The notes beneath the pieces were generated by a model, which worked only from the letters and a program-made list of their open reading frames with translations, made no database searches and was not told the DNA's origin. The translations under genes and the position numbers were made by a program. A stretch of DNA of 64,000 bases from a virus (taxonomy: Duplodnaviria > Caudoviricetes): the IMG/VR virus record IMGVR_UViG_3300034061_004620. One strand, written 5' to 3'. Positions 56,564 through 64,000 of the stretch are shown here, in pieces; the stretch's first letter is position 1; the number at the start of each line of letters is the position of its first letter.

Positions 56564-57036
56564 TGATATTCAATAAAATTCGTGAGCTTAAGGACAAGGG
56601 ACTTAAGATTGGGATTACTTTTTCGACTTTTGATTTATTTCACGCCGGACATGTGGCAATGTTGGCTGAGGCTAAGAATCACTGCGATTATCTTATCGCC
56701 GGGCTCCAGACAGACCCAACAATTGACCGTCCGGATACAAAAAATAGACCAGTCCAGAGTATTGTGGAAAGACAAATTCAACTGGCAGCATGCCGTTATG
56801 TTGATGAAGTTGTTGTTTACCAGACCGAACAAGATCTGATTGACATTATCTTGACTTTACCAATTGATGTGCGTATACTTGGTGTTGAATACGAAGGTAA
56901 ACCATTTACTGGTGAAGAAGAAGGTTACAATAGAGGTATTGAGTTAGTATTCAACAAACGCGATCATTCTTTTAGTTCAAGCAGTTTACGACGTAGAGTA
57001 GCAGCAGCCGAAGCTGATCGAGCCCTAAGGAGTTAG
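56563..57036 (+). CDS. Cytidylyltransferase (TagD-like)
   Basis: FSTFDLFHAGH, GLQTDPTIDR and RDHSFSSSSLR motifs. Confidence 0.9.
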   Translation: MIFNKIRELKDKGLKIGITFSTFDLFHAGHVAMLAEAKNHCDYLIAGLQTDPTIDRPDTKNRPVQSIVERQIQLAACRYVDEVVVYQTEQDLIDIILTLPIDVRILGVEYEGKPFTGEEEGYNRGIELVFNKRDHSFSSSSLRRRVAAAEADRALRS

Positions 57037-57038
57037 CA

Positions 57039-57593
57039 ATGGATATAATGCTTGACATAGAAACACTAAGCACTCGCCCATGGTCGGTTATTCTTACTTT
57101 GGGTGCAGTCAAATTCAGTCCTTGGGAGTCAGATGTTGACACAGAGTCTGGGTTGTATGTTCGTCCCGATGTGGATGAACAACTGAATATGAACAGGCAT
57201 GTTCAAGATGAAACAGTGACCTGGTGGGGCACTCAACCCGACGAAGTCAGAGAAGAAGCTTTAGGCACCAATGGTCGAATCAGCATCAATGAAATGTTGG
57301 ATCAATTGAATCGCTTCTTGGTTGGAGCAGACAACATTTGGTGCCAAGGTCCGGCATTTGATATTGTAATCTTAGAAGATTTATATAGACAAATGGGACG
57401 CCCAACTCCGTGGCAGTTTTGGCAAATCAGAGACAGTCGCACATTGTTTAGTGTACACGGTGATCCAAGAGAAAAAGGTCGTCATGGTGCTCATAACGCT
57501 TTAATAGATTGTTATTATCAGGCACGTGCCGTACAACAGATATACAAAGATGCAGGTATCAAAAAACGTACATATGAAAGCGTAACCAAATAA
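57039..57593 (+). CDS. DEDDh 3'-5' exonuclease (Rv2179c-like)
   Basis: MLDIETL, GPAFD, RDSRT and HNALID motifs. Confidence 0.88.
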   Translation: MDIMLDIETLSTRPWSVILTLGAVKFSPWESDVDTESGLYVRPDVDEQLNMNRHVQDETVTWWGTQPDEVREEALGTNGRISINEMLDQLNRFLVGADNIWCQGPAFDIVILEDLYRQMGRPTPWQFWQIRDSRTLFSVHGDPREKGRHGAHNALIDCYYQARAVQQIYKDAGIKKRTYESVTK

Positions 57594-57904
57594 TGGACAT
57601 AATTTTTTCAAGGAAAGTAGCCGAGGAATTGTCGGAAAGATACACAGTCTTAGAGTTAGAACCACACATAGTAGAAGACAAAGTATTAGAAACATTTTGT
57701 GTTATTGAAAGCGATAAAATTCCTTTAAACGAAGTTACAATGTTAGAGCACTGGAAAAAACTACATAGAGAATTCGTACAGGCCAACAAAGAAAAAAATG
57801 GAAAGTTATGTAATGATCTTGCTGTATATCTAACAGGTAAGTTTGGTGGCGAATTAGATGAATTCTATGATATAGTTCGTAATCGTTATTTAGACCAACA
57901 GTAA
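57593..57904 (+). CDS. Hypothetical protein
   Basis: TAATG-coupled ORF. Confidence 0.7.
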   Translation: MDIIFSRKVAEELSERYTVLELEPHIVEDKVLETFCVIESDKIPLNEVTMLEHWKKLHREFVQANKEKNGKLCNDLAVYLTGKFGGELDEFYDIVRNRYLDQQ

Positions 57905-57921
57905 GCATTTAATTTTTTCTC

Positions 57922-57955
57922 AAAGCTCCTTAAATAATATAAAAGGAGCTTTTTC
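57922..57955 (+). terminator. Terminator-like hairpin with a late promoter in its stem and loop
   Basis: AAAGCTCCTT-N11-AAGGAGCTTT plus a T-run; TAAATA at 57931-57936. Confidence 0.7.
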
Positions 57956-58015
57956 TATTAAAAAAATTCTATAACAGCTCCGTAATAAAAAGGTCACGAA
58001 AGACCAGGAGCTAAA

Positions 58016-58480
58016 ATGAAAAAAGTATTACTTGCAGTTGTATTATTAACATCATCGACAGTTTATGCTGTTGATCCTATCATTACAGATTCTACATCTC
58101 GTAGCGTAACAGAATCTACATCTACTACCACAGTTAAATCTCCACCACCTACAGCAGTAGCACCCGCTATCACAACACTCAACAATGATCTTTGTGCAGT
58201 TGCGGCTTCTGGTGCTGTACAGACACAAATTTTTGGTATCTCTGTTGGTAAAACGTTTGTAGATAAAAACTGTGAACGTCTAAAATTATCTAAAACACTA
58301 TTTGACATGGGCATGAAGGTTGCTGCGGTTGCTGTAATGTGTCAAGACGAGCGGGTGTTTACTGCTATGATGAATGCCGGTACGCCATGTCCAGTTGATG
58401 GCAAAATTGGTGAAGCAGCAAGAGAAATATGGGATGCTGATCCAAAGCGGCAACCACAAAATGTAAAGAGCAAGGATTAA
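58016..58480 (+). CDS. Exported Cys-containing protein
   Basis: Signal peptide MKKVLLAVVLL; Ser/Thr-rich linker; four Cys. Confidence 0.8.
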   Translation: MKKVLLAVVLLTSSTVYAVDPIITDSTSRSVTESTSTTTVKSPPPTAVAPAITTLNNDLCAVAASGAVQTQIFGISVGKTFVDKNCERLKLSKTLFDMGMKVAAVAVMCQDERVFTAMMNAGTPCPVDGKIGEAAREIWDADPKRQPQNVKSKD

Positions 58481-60747
58481 TGAAACAGGTCCTGGCATTG
58501 GTATTGTTAGGTCTTTTGAATTTAGCTAACGCTCAAAGTGTAGAAACAACACCTAACCAAATTACTTCCGGTAATACACATACTTGGACGGGTGTGACCA
58601 CAGGTACATTACCGTCGACCTACATGCCAGGTGGTCCGCAACCTATATACGATCCGGCCACTAACACTATTAGTTTCAGTTACGGGCAAGCGACAGCGGC
58701 ACAAACTTTTGCTATTAACCAGGCATTACAAAATGCTGGTGCAGGCATTACTGTACAAGGATACAGTTATTCCTGGGACATTCGTAATATGAATGGTGAT
58801 AACAGACAACCAACTACTGATACATTGACCGCTACTGTCAATACCTATGCCGCAAATAACACTACTATTCGAAGAACTGATACATGGACTTATAACACTA
58901 AAATTGACTGGACTACATTTAGTGGTATTATAAATTACAACAATCCTGGAGCACCAAGTACTTTCGGAAACCTAACTGTTCAGTTCAGTGGTACAGATGT
59001 AGGATTCTGGGCAGGATATTTTGGTCCACAGATTCGTAATGTTAGTATTGGATTGAATTATACCGTTGATCCTTGCTTTAGTAATCCAGCATATTCGCCG
59101 ACCTGTGCAAATTATAACACGGTAAGTATTAGTGAAAATTTATTATCCGGTATCACTGGACCACAAGCCTATGCTATTAATCAGGCACTATCTTTTGCCG
59201 GCGCCGGCGCAACTATACATGGATTCAACTACGGATACAATTATAGCGTTGCCGGAAGATCATGCGCTGTATGGGATTTTTTCGGACTTTGTTTATCTGG
59301 GTACAATTATTCCGATGCCGGAGTCAACATTTCTTTAACAAATAGTAGTGGTGCTACCATATATTCAGAAAGCAACACACACAACGGTGGTGACAATGGT
59401 ACCAGCGGCACATATTCTAAACAGTACAGATTAAGTGCAAGTGTTCCTATGTCTACTCTGGGAACATTTAGCATGAATCCATGGACTTCGGGTTCCGCAA
59501 GTATTACCAATATGTATAGTAGTGCAGTATACACAGCAGATCCATGTGTATCTAATCCTTTATCAAGCAATACTTGTTCGGGCTACGCAGCAGCGTATTA
59601 CAATCAACAATGTAGTTTAAATGCATTGTACGATTCTGGTTGTCCTGGCTATGCTCAGGCGGTGTTCGCACAACAATGCAATATCAATCAATTATCAGAT
59701 CCTGCTTGTCCAGGGTATGCGGTTGCATATTTAAATTACCAATGCTCGTTGAATTCTCTATACAGCACAACATGTTCTGGGTATTCGACTGCATTGAGCC
59801 AGTGTAATGTAAATCCATTGGGTAATTCAATGTGTCCGGCGTATCAAACTGCAACCACTCAATGTAGTTTAAATCCTTTGTACGGTTCTTATTGTCCTGG
59901 ATATACCGCAGCACAGAACACCTGCACAACAAATCCGTTGAGCAATTCTTTATGTACAAATTATCAAACTGCAACTACCAGTTGCTCTGCAGATCCTTTA
60001 TATGGAGCATATTGCCCAGGATATGCTTTTGCTTATTCTTGTAGTCAAGATGGGTTGTATAGCAATCAATGTCCTAACTACGCAGAGGCTTACGCTAAAA
60101 AGAATATTTTGAATATTGGATCATCAACCACAACAACGACTAATACAACTTCGTCTACAATTGTGTTAGCACAAGCATCGGATCCTGTTGCACAAGCAGC
60201 ACCTGTAGTTGCAGATCCGGTAGTTAATAGTGTTGTTACCACAAGAAGTACAGCCGCCACCAGTGAAACAAATCCTGCTGCGGCAGTTAAATTAACTGCA
60301 CCATCAACAACAACTGCTACCGCTGTACAAGAATCGGCCACTAAAGAAAATAAAAAATCTGAAACTACTACTACCGCTGCTACTTCAAAGGATGGAGTAA
60401 GACCTGACAGGCCTACTACTGCCAGAGAAGCTGTTGCAGAACAAAGACGTGAAGCAGCTAAGAAAGAAGCGGTACAAAAAGGTAAAGATTTAGCCAATGA
60501 AATGGGCAAGGCAGCAGATATGCAGGCGCAAATGGAAGTACAAAATGTAGTTATTCAGGCTATGGGATATAGTCCAGGGTTCGATAATTACGGTAGATTT
60601 ATACTACCGGACGGTCAAGCATATCGACCATATACCATTTATAACAATCAGCGTACTGTAGATACACCAGCAGGGCGAGGATTATTTGGGGGCAGCGATG
60701 GTGTCCATCAAAGAATGGTCGATTCACAATATAACTTAGGAAATTAA
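58480..60747 (+). CDS. Large exported protein with Cys-pair repeats
   Basis: Signal peptide; ten C-x9-C-x2-Y units. Confidence 0.8.
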   Translation: MKQVLALVLLGLLNLANAQSVETTPNQITSGNTHTWTGVTTGTLPSTYMPGGPQPIYDPATNTISFSYGQATAAQTFAINQALQNAGAGITVQGYSYSWDIRNMNGDNRQPTTDTLTATVNTYAANNTTIRRTDTWTYNTKIDWTTFSGIINYNNPGAPSTFGNLTVQFSGTDVGFWAGYFGPQIRNVSIGLNYTVDPCFSNPAYSPTCANYNTVSISENLLSGITGPQAYAINQALSFAGAGATIHGFNYGYNYSVAGRSCAVWDFFGLCLSGYNYSDAGVNISLTNSSGATIYSESNTHNGGDNGTSGTYSKQYRLSASVPMSTLGTFSMNPWTSGSASITNMYSSAVYTADPCVSNPLSSNTCSGYAAAYYNQQCSLNALYDSGCPGYAQAVFAQQCNINQLSDPACPGYAVAYLNYQCSLNSLYSTTCSGYSTALSQCNVNPLGNSMCPAYQTATTQCSLNPLYGSYCPGYTAAQNTCTTNPLSNSLCTNYQTATTSCSADPLYGAYCPGYAFAYSCSQDGLYSNQCPNYAEAYAKKNILNIGSSTTTTTNTTSSTIVLAQASDPVAQAAPVVADPVVNSVVTTRSTAATSETNPAAAVKLTAPSTTTATAVQESATKENKKSETTTTAATSKDGVRPDRPTTAREAVAEQRREAAKKEAVQKGKDLANEMGKAADMQAQMEVQNVVIQAMGYSPGFDNYGRFILPDGQAYRPYTIYNNQRTVDTPAGRGLFGGSDGVHQRMVDSQYNLGN
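59530..60100 (+). repeat. Tandem protein repeat of about 20-22 aa (CxxNPLYxxxCPxY), 9 copies; bounds approximate
   Basis: Read directly from the translation. Confidence 0.8.
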
Positions 60748-60748
60748 A

Positions 60749-61381
60749 ATGTCAGACAAAAACAAAAACATCGACGAAAAAGTCGAAGAACTCGAAGCTG
60801 CTAAGGAAAAATATCTTAGCGAAAATACTGTTATCAGCATTGGTGGATATGCGTTTACTCCGGCCAAATTAATGATAGCGGCCACTATTGTTAGTACCGT
60901 ATTAGGTGGTCTGTATGGGGCCTTTGAAATATACAAAGACTACATGGACATGAAAGACAAAATAGCCAATTATGTAACACCAGATCTTGGCGAAATTTAC
61001 AAGAAATTAGAAGTACTTGAAGCAAGCACAAATAAAACAGTAGAATACAGTCAAGACATCAAGAATGATCTCAAAGGCGATATTCGTAGATTAGAAAACG
61101 TGGTTGAAAGCGTAGAACGTGACAGCAAGGTAGCACAACGCGAAACAGATAAAAGTGTACAGGATGCTCGTAAAGATGTAAGAGAAACCAAGGTCGAGGT
61201 TGATAAGATTACTCGTCAACTTGAAAAAGACACAACTCAACAAAACAAAGAATTACAGCGTCAAGTTGATGCAGCAGTGAGACAACTGCAAAAGGAAAAT
61301 GAGGCTGAAATAAAACAATTACGTCGAGAACTGGACGATAAAATCAAAAAAGCATTAGATAATCCATTGGCCAACAAATGA
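60749..61381 (+). CDS. Membrane-anchored long coiled-coil protein
   Basis: One TM followed by extended heptads. Confidence 0.75.
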   Translation: MSDKNKNIDEKVEELEAAKEKYLSENTVISIGGYAFTPAKLMIAATIVSTVLGGLYGAFEIYKDYMDMKDKIANYVTPDLGEIYKKLEVLEASTNKTVEYSQDIKNDLKGDIRRLENVVESVERDSKVAQRETDKSVQDARKDVRETKVEVDKITRQLEKDTTQQNKELQRQVDAAVRQLQKENEAEIKQLRRELDDKIKKALDNPLANK

Positions 61382-61391
61382 TATATACTAT

Positions 61392-61733
61392 ATGAAGAAC
61401 ATTTTAGCTGCCATCTTACTGGCCACTATAGCTTTGGCAGCTACAGCTGAGCCGAGGCCACGAAAAATACAAATGATGTGTGGCAGCTTTGAAGATGTTG
61501 AAGCTACTATGGAAAAGTATGGTGAAAAGCTAATCATGGCTACTCAGTCACCAAATGAACAAACTGTTAATTTGGTGTATGCTAATTTTGAAACAGAAAC
61601 TACAAGTTGGTTTATTCATGATTTGCAAACCGACGAATATTGTATGGTAGGAGTTGGTAAACAAATTTATATACCAGACGATAGTGTGCTTAAAAAAGGC
61701 ATAGGAATTGGATTAAAAGCTGCTTACAAATAA
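61392..61733 (+). CDS. Small exported protein
   Basis: Signal peptide; two Cys. Confidence 0.75.
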   Translation: MKNILAAILLATIALAATAEPRPRKIQMMCGSFEDVEATMEKYGEKLIMATQSPNEQTVNLVYANFETETTSWFIHDLQTDEYCMVGVGKQIYIPDDSVLKKGIGIGLKAAYK

Positions 61734-61756
61734 ACCTGGAATTTCCAGGTTTTTTT
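61732..61756 (+). terminator. Intrinsic terminator
   Basis: AAACCTGGA-ATT-TCCAGGTTT followed by a T-run. Confidence 0.8.
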
Positions 61757-61778
61757 GTGATTATAAAAGGAGAATGAT

Positions 61779-61853
61779 ATGAGTTGGTTCTCGCATAAAC
61801 CCCCAAAAAATCCCCCAACCCCAACCCCAGTAACACCACCGCATAGAATGTAA
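61779..61853 (+). CDS. 24-aa proline-rich micropeptide MSWFSHKPPKNPPTPTPVTPPHRM
   Basis: AAAAGGAG SD about 7 nt before ATG; explains the C-rich tract. Confidence 0.55.
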   Translation: MSWFSHKPPKNPPTPTPVTPPHRM

Positions 61854-62004
61854 CATCTGTCCCTCTTGAACTTTTTACTTCAATCAAAATAAGTAATAAT
61901 AAGTTCGATTACTATTGGTCCATCAAAAAAAAACAAGAACAAGGATCAACGATGTTTAGCCCAATCTATAGGGTTATAATAGTATCACGTAAGGAGCGGG
62001 GGCA

Positions 62005-62775
62005 ATGGATCCGTTAACCCTCTTTGCCCTTGCTAATGGTGCTGTCCAAGCTGTCAAAAAAGGTTGTGCTCTGTACAAAGAAATACAGAGTGCTGCTGGC
62101 GACGTCAAAGGCATCATTGCAGACCTTGATGCTCAATTTGGCGAAAAGTTCAAAGACCGACGACCCACTGTAGCTGAAAAAAATCAGTTTATAGAAGAAA
62201 AAAATCGAATTATTGAACTTAGCAAAAAGCAACCCGATGACATATTTACTACCATTGGCGAAGAGTTAGGCACCTACTTTGAAAACTATGCTTATTGTAA
62301 AGCTATTTTTGAAGAAGAAGAAAAACATGCATTTGATGTATACACCGGCAAAGACAGTATTGGCAAACGGGCACTACAACGTGTTCTCATGCTCAGTAGA
62401 TTGGAGGCCATGCAAACAGAACTGCGTGAAATCATGGTCTATCAGTGCCCACCTGAATTGGGAGATCTCTATACCCGAACTGAAGCCATGATGAAACGCA
62501 TACAGGAAGAACAGTCTGTCGCTATAAAACTCAAAAGAGAACGAGACAAGGTGGCTGCACAAAGAAATGCCAGACGTATCAAAGCTATAAAAAAGAGAAT
62601 TACTGCATGGAGTCTGACATCAGTGGCAATTCTCTATCTGATTGCACTGGTATGGAGTGTAGTAGAAATACGTAAAACCAACCGTCCTGAGTTAGGCACC
62701 TGTTTGATACCAAAAGGGCAGTGGCCATACGATCATTATAATAATTTAAAATGGGTAGAGTGTGAACCAAAATAA
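62005..62775 (+). CDS. Coiled-coil protein with a C-terminal transmembrane helix
   Basis: AAGGAG SD; MDPLTL.A.A...V..VKKG start. Confidence 0.8.
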   Translation: MDPLTLFALANGAVQAVKKGCALYKEIQSAAGDVKGIIADLDAQFGEKFKDRRPTVAEKNQFIEEKNRIIELSKKQPDDIFTTIGEELGTYFENYAYCKAIFEEEEKHAFDVYTGKDSIGKRALQRVLMLSRLEAMQTELREIMVYQCPPELGDLYTRTEAMMKRIQEEQSVAIKLKRERDKVAAQRNARRIKAIKKRITAWSLTSVAILYLIALVWSVVEIRKTNRPELGTCLIPKGQWPYDHYNNLKWVECEPK

Positions 62776-62951
62776 TGAGTAAATATGTAGCCAGTGACAA
62801 AACTAAGATTGATCTTATAACACGGATGTATCAGGACCATGGGTATACTGTAGATGAAATATGTTCAAGATTAAGGTACTCGGAAGAATTGGTACTACAT
62901 ATTATAAAAAAATGTAATTTACAACCGGGAAACAAATCCTGGCGCTATTGA
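62775..62951 (+). CDS. 58-aa putative helix-turn-helix protein
   Basis: Below the track cutoff; TAATG overlap; GYTVDEICSRLRYSEELVLHIIKK HTH-like pattern. Confidence 0.55.
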   Translation: MSKYVASDKTKIDLITRMYQDHGYTVDEICSRLRYSEELVLHIIKKCNLQPGNKSWRY

Positions 62952-63025
62952 TATAATTCTTGTATGTTATTGGTTGTTATGTTAGCATAATAACTTAAAA
63001 GTTTACACATAATATTAAATACATT

Positions 63026-63181
63026 ATGATAGATTTGCTAAAATGGGGGTTAAGATTATTTTTCTGGGTCGCAGTTACAGTAACCATTAGGCAAGGTAAT
63101 TTGTTTGCTATGGGTATGTGTCTCACAGTATTCCTGATTATGGAACATTTCATTGAAGATTTAGAAAACAATCATCCCTAA
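63026..63181 (+). CDS. 51-aa two-TM protein (holin-like candidate)
   Basis: Late TAAATA at 63016-63021; TAATG overlap with the peptidase. Confidence 0.55.
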   Translation: MIDLLKWGLRLFFWVAVTVTIRQGNLFAMGMCLTVFLIMEHFIEDLENNHP

Positions 63182-63939
63182 TGTTTATAAAATTAATTCT
63201 ATCCGCAATCCTTTTGATTGCGAGCTATCCTGTTTTTTCTACGAATATCTTAGCTAAATCTTGGTTAATTGCCGATGGGGATGGTACAGTTTTAGAGTCA
63301 CAAAATATCGAAATTCAACAACCCATTGCCAGCATAACAAAATTGATGACCGCCATGGTGATTCTTGATGCGAACGAAAATTTACAACAGCCATTAAACA
63401 AAAAGTTTAGAGGGCTTACTGTCACCCGGGAGCAACTTATCAATCTTACAGTTATTAGATCGGACAATCAGGCTGCTCGAATGTTGTGCGAAGTGTATCA
63501 TAGAGGATATAAAACATGCATTGATGATATGAATTATAAGGCCCAAATATTAGGTATGATAGATACCAGATTTGAAGATAGTAGTGGCCTTGACAATAGA
63601 AATGTTAGTACTCCGAGAGATTTAATTAAATTACTTTTAGCAGCAGAAAAATATAGAGAAATAGTGCATGCAAGTAATCAGGCCGTCGGCGAACTGGTCA
63701 AAAAGAAAAAAAAGAAGCTGATAAAATATCGTTACTCAAATACTAATCCTTTGGTAGCAAAATACAATGTTATAGTTAGCAAGACAGGTTATGTACGTGC
63801 CAGTGGCGGATGTTTAGTTATGAGTGTTAGTATAAATGGAAAGAAAAAACTTTTTATAGTATTAAACAGTAATACTACCAGAACCCGAATACGTGACATG
63901 GAAACATTGATTATAGAAACACTACAAAAATCTAATTAG
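63181..63939 (+). CDS. Peptidase S11 D-Ala-D-Ala peptidase (PBP7/PbpG-like)
   Basis: SITK (SxxK), SDN (SxN) and KTG motifs, with a signal peptide. Confidence 0.92.
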   Translation: MFIKLILSAILLIASYPVFSTNILAKSWLIADGDGTVLESQNIEIQQPIASITKLMTAMVILDANENLQQPLNKKFRGLTVTREQLINLTVIRSDNQAARMLCEVYHRGYKTCIDDMNYKAQILGMIDTRFEDSSGLDNRNVSTPRDLIKLLLAAEKYREIVHASNQAVGELVKKKKKKLIKYRYSNTNPLVAKYNVIVSKTGYVRASGGCLVMSVSINGKKKLFIVLNSNTTRTRIRDMETLIIETLQKSN

Positions 63940-64000
63940 CTATGAAATTATAAATGTGTTCTAAGTCAAGATTGTCAACTGGCAACATTTTATGCTGAGA

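Noticed and set aside
61800-61828. G-quadruplex-like tract on the minus strand (G4-TT-G4-TT-G5-AT6-G5)
   Set aside because: Fully explained by Pro/Thr codons of the SD-led + strand micropeptide; no independent evidence for a G4 role.
1-64000. Stop-codon reassignment (seen in some large phages)
   Set aside because: Conserved genes are full length in the standard code and TAA, TAG and TGA all end genes at overlap junctions.
1-64000. tRNA, tmRNA or rRNA genes
   Set aside because: Intergenic gaps are short and no cloverleaf or T-loop (GTTCGA) context was recognised by eye; tRNAscan-SE/ARAGORN would be definitive.

Overview
A 64-kb segment of a large, AT-rich dsDNA phage genome with T4-like architecture (jumbo-phage style). 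Genes are almost all on the + strand, tightly overlapping and read in the standard code, with sigma70-type promoters (TTGACC-N17-TATAAT) and T4-type late promoters (TAAATA). The host is probably a proteobacterium, judged from the IscU, IscA, bS21, desaturase and PBP7-like sequences (inference). In order, the window holds: an ADP-heptose/glycosyltransferase cluster; an early-promoter array ending in an AAA+ ATPase; replication genes (UvsW-like helicase, gp62-like protein, miniature DnaE core, primase, DnaB-like helicase); a long repeat-rich tail fibre; a late head-associated block; Fe-S assembly genes; nrdAB and glutaredoxin; PAAR and SleB; a second early operon; bS21, Hsp20 and ClpS; an exported Cys-repeat operon; and a peptidoglycan peptidase. 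The most notable candidates are: (1) a PolX-like nucleotidyltransferase plus ligase-fold pair that may be packaged in the capsid; (2) a eukaryote-type ubiquitin-fold protein; (3) a PRMT-like methyltransferase; (4) a translation-control layer made of a late-promoter-gated anti-SD switch, anti-SD motifs in 3' UTRs, many leaderless genes, bS21, an ArfA-like protein and a Pro-rich micropeptide; (5) two B12 radical-SAM insertions. No tRNA, rRNA, CRISPR array, integrase or transposase was recognised. All family assignments come from motifs read by eye; no database searches were run.
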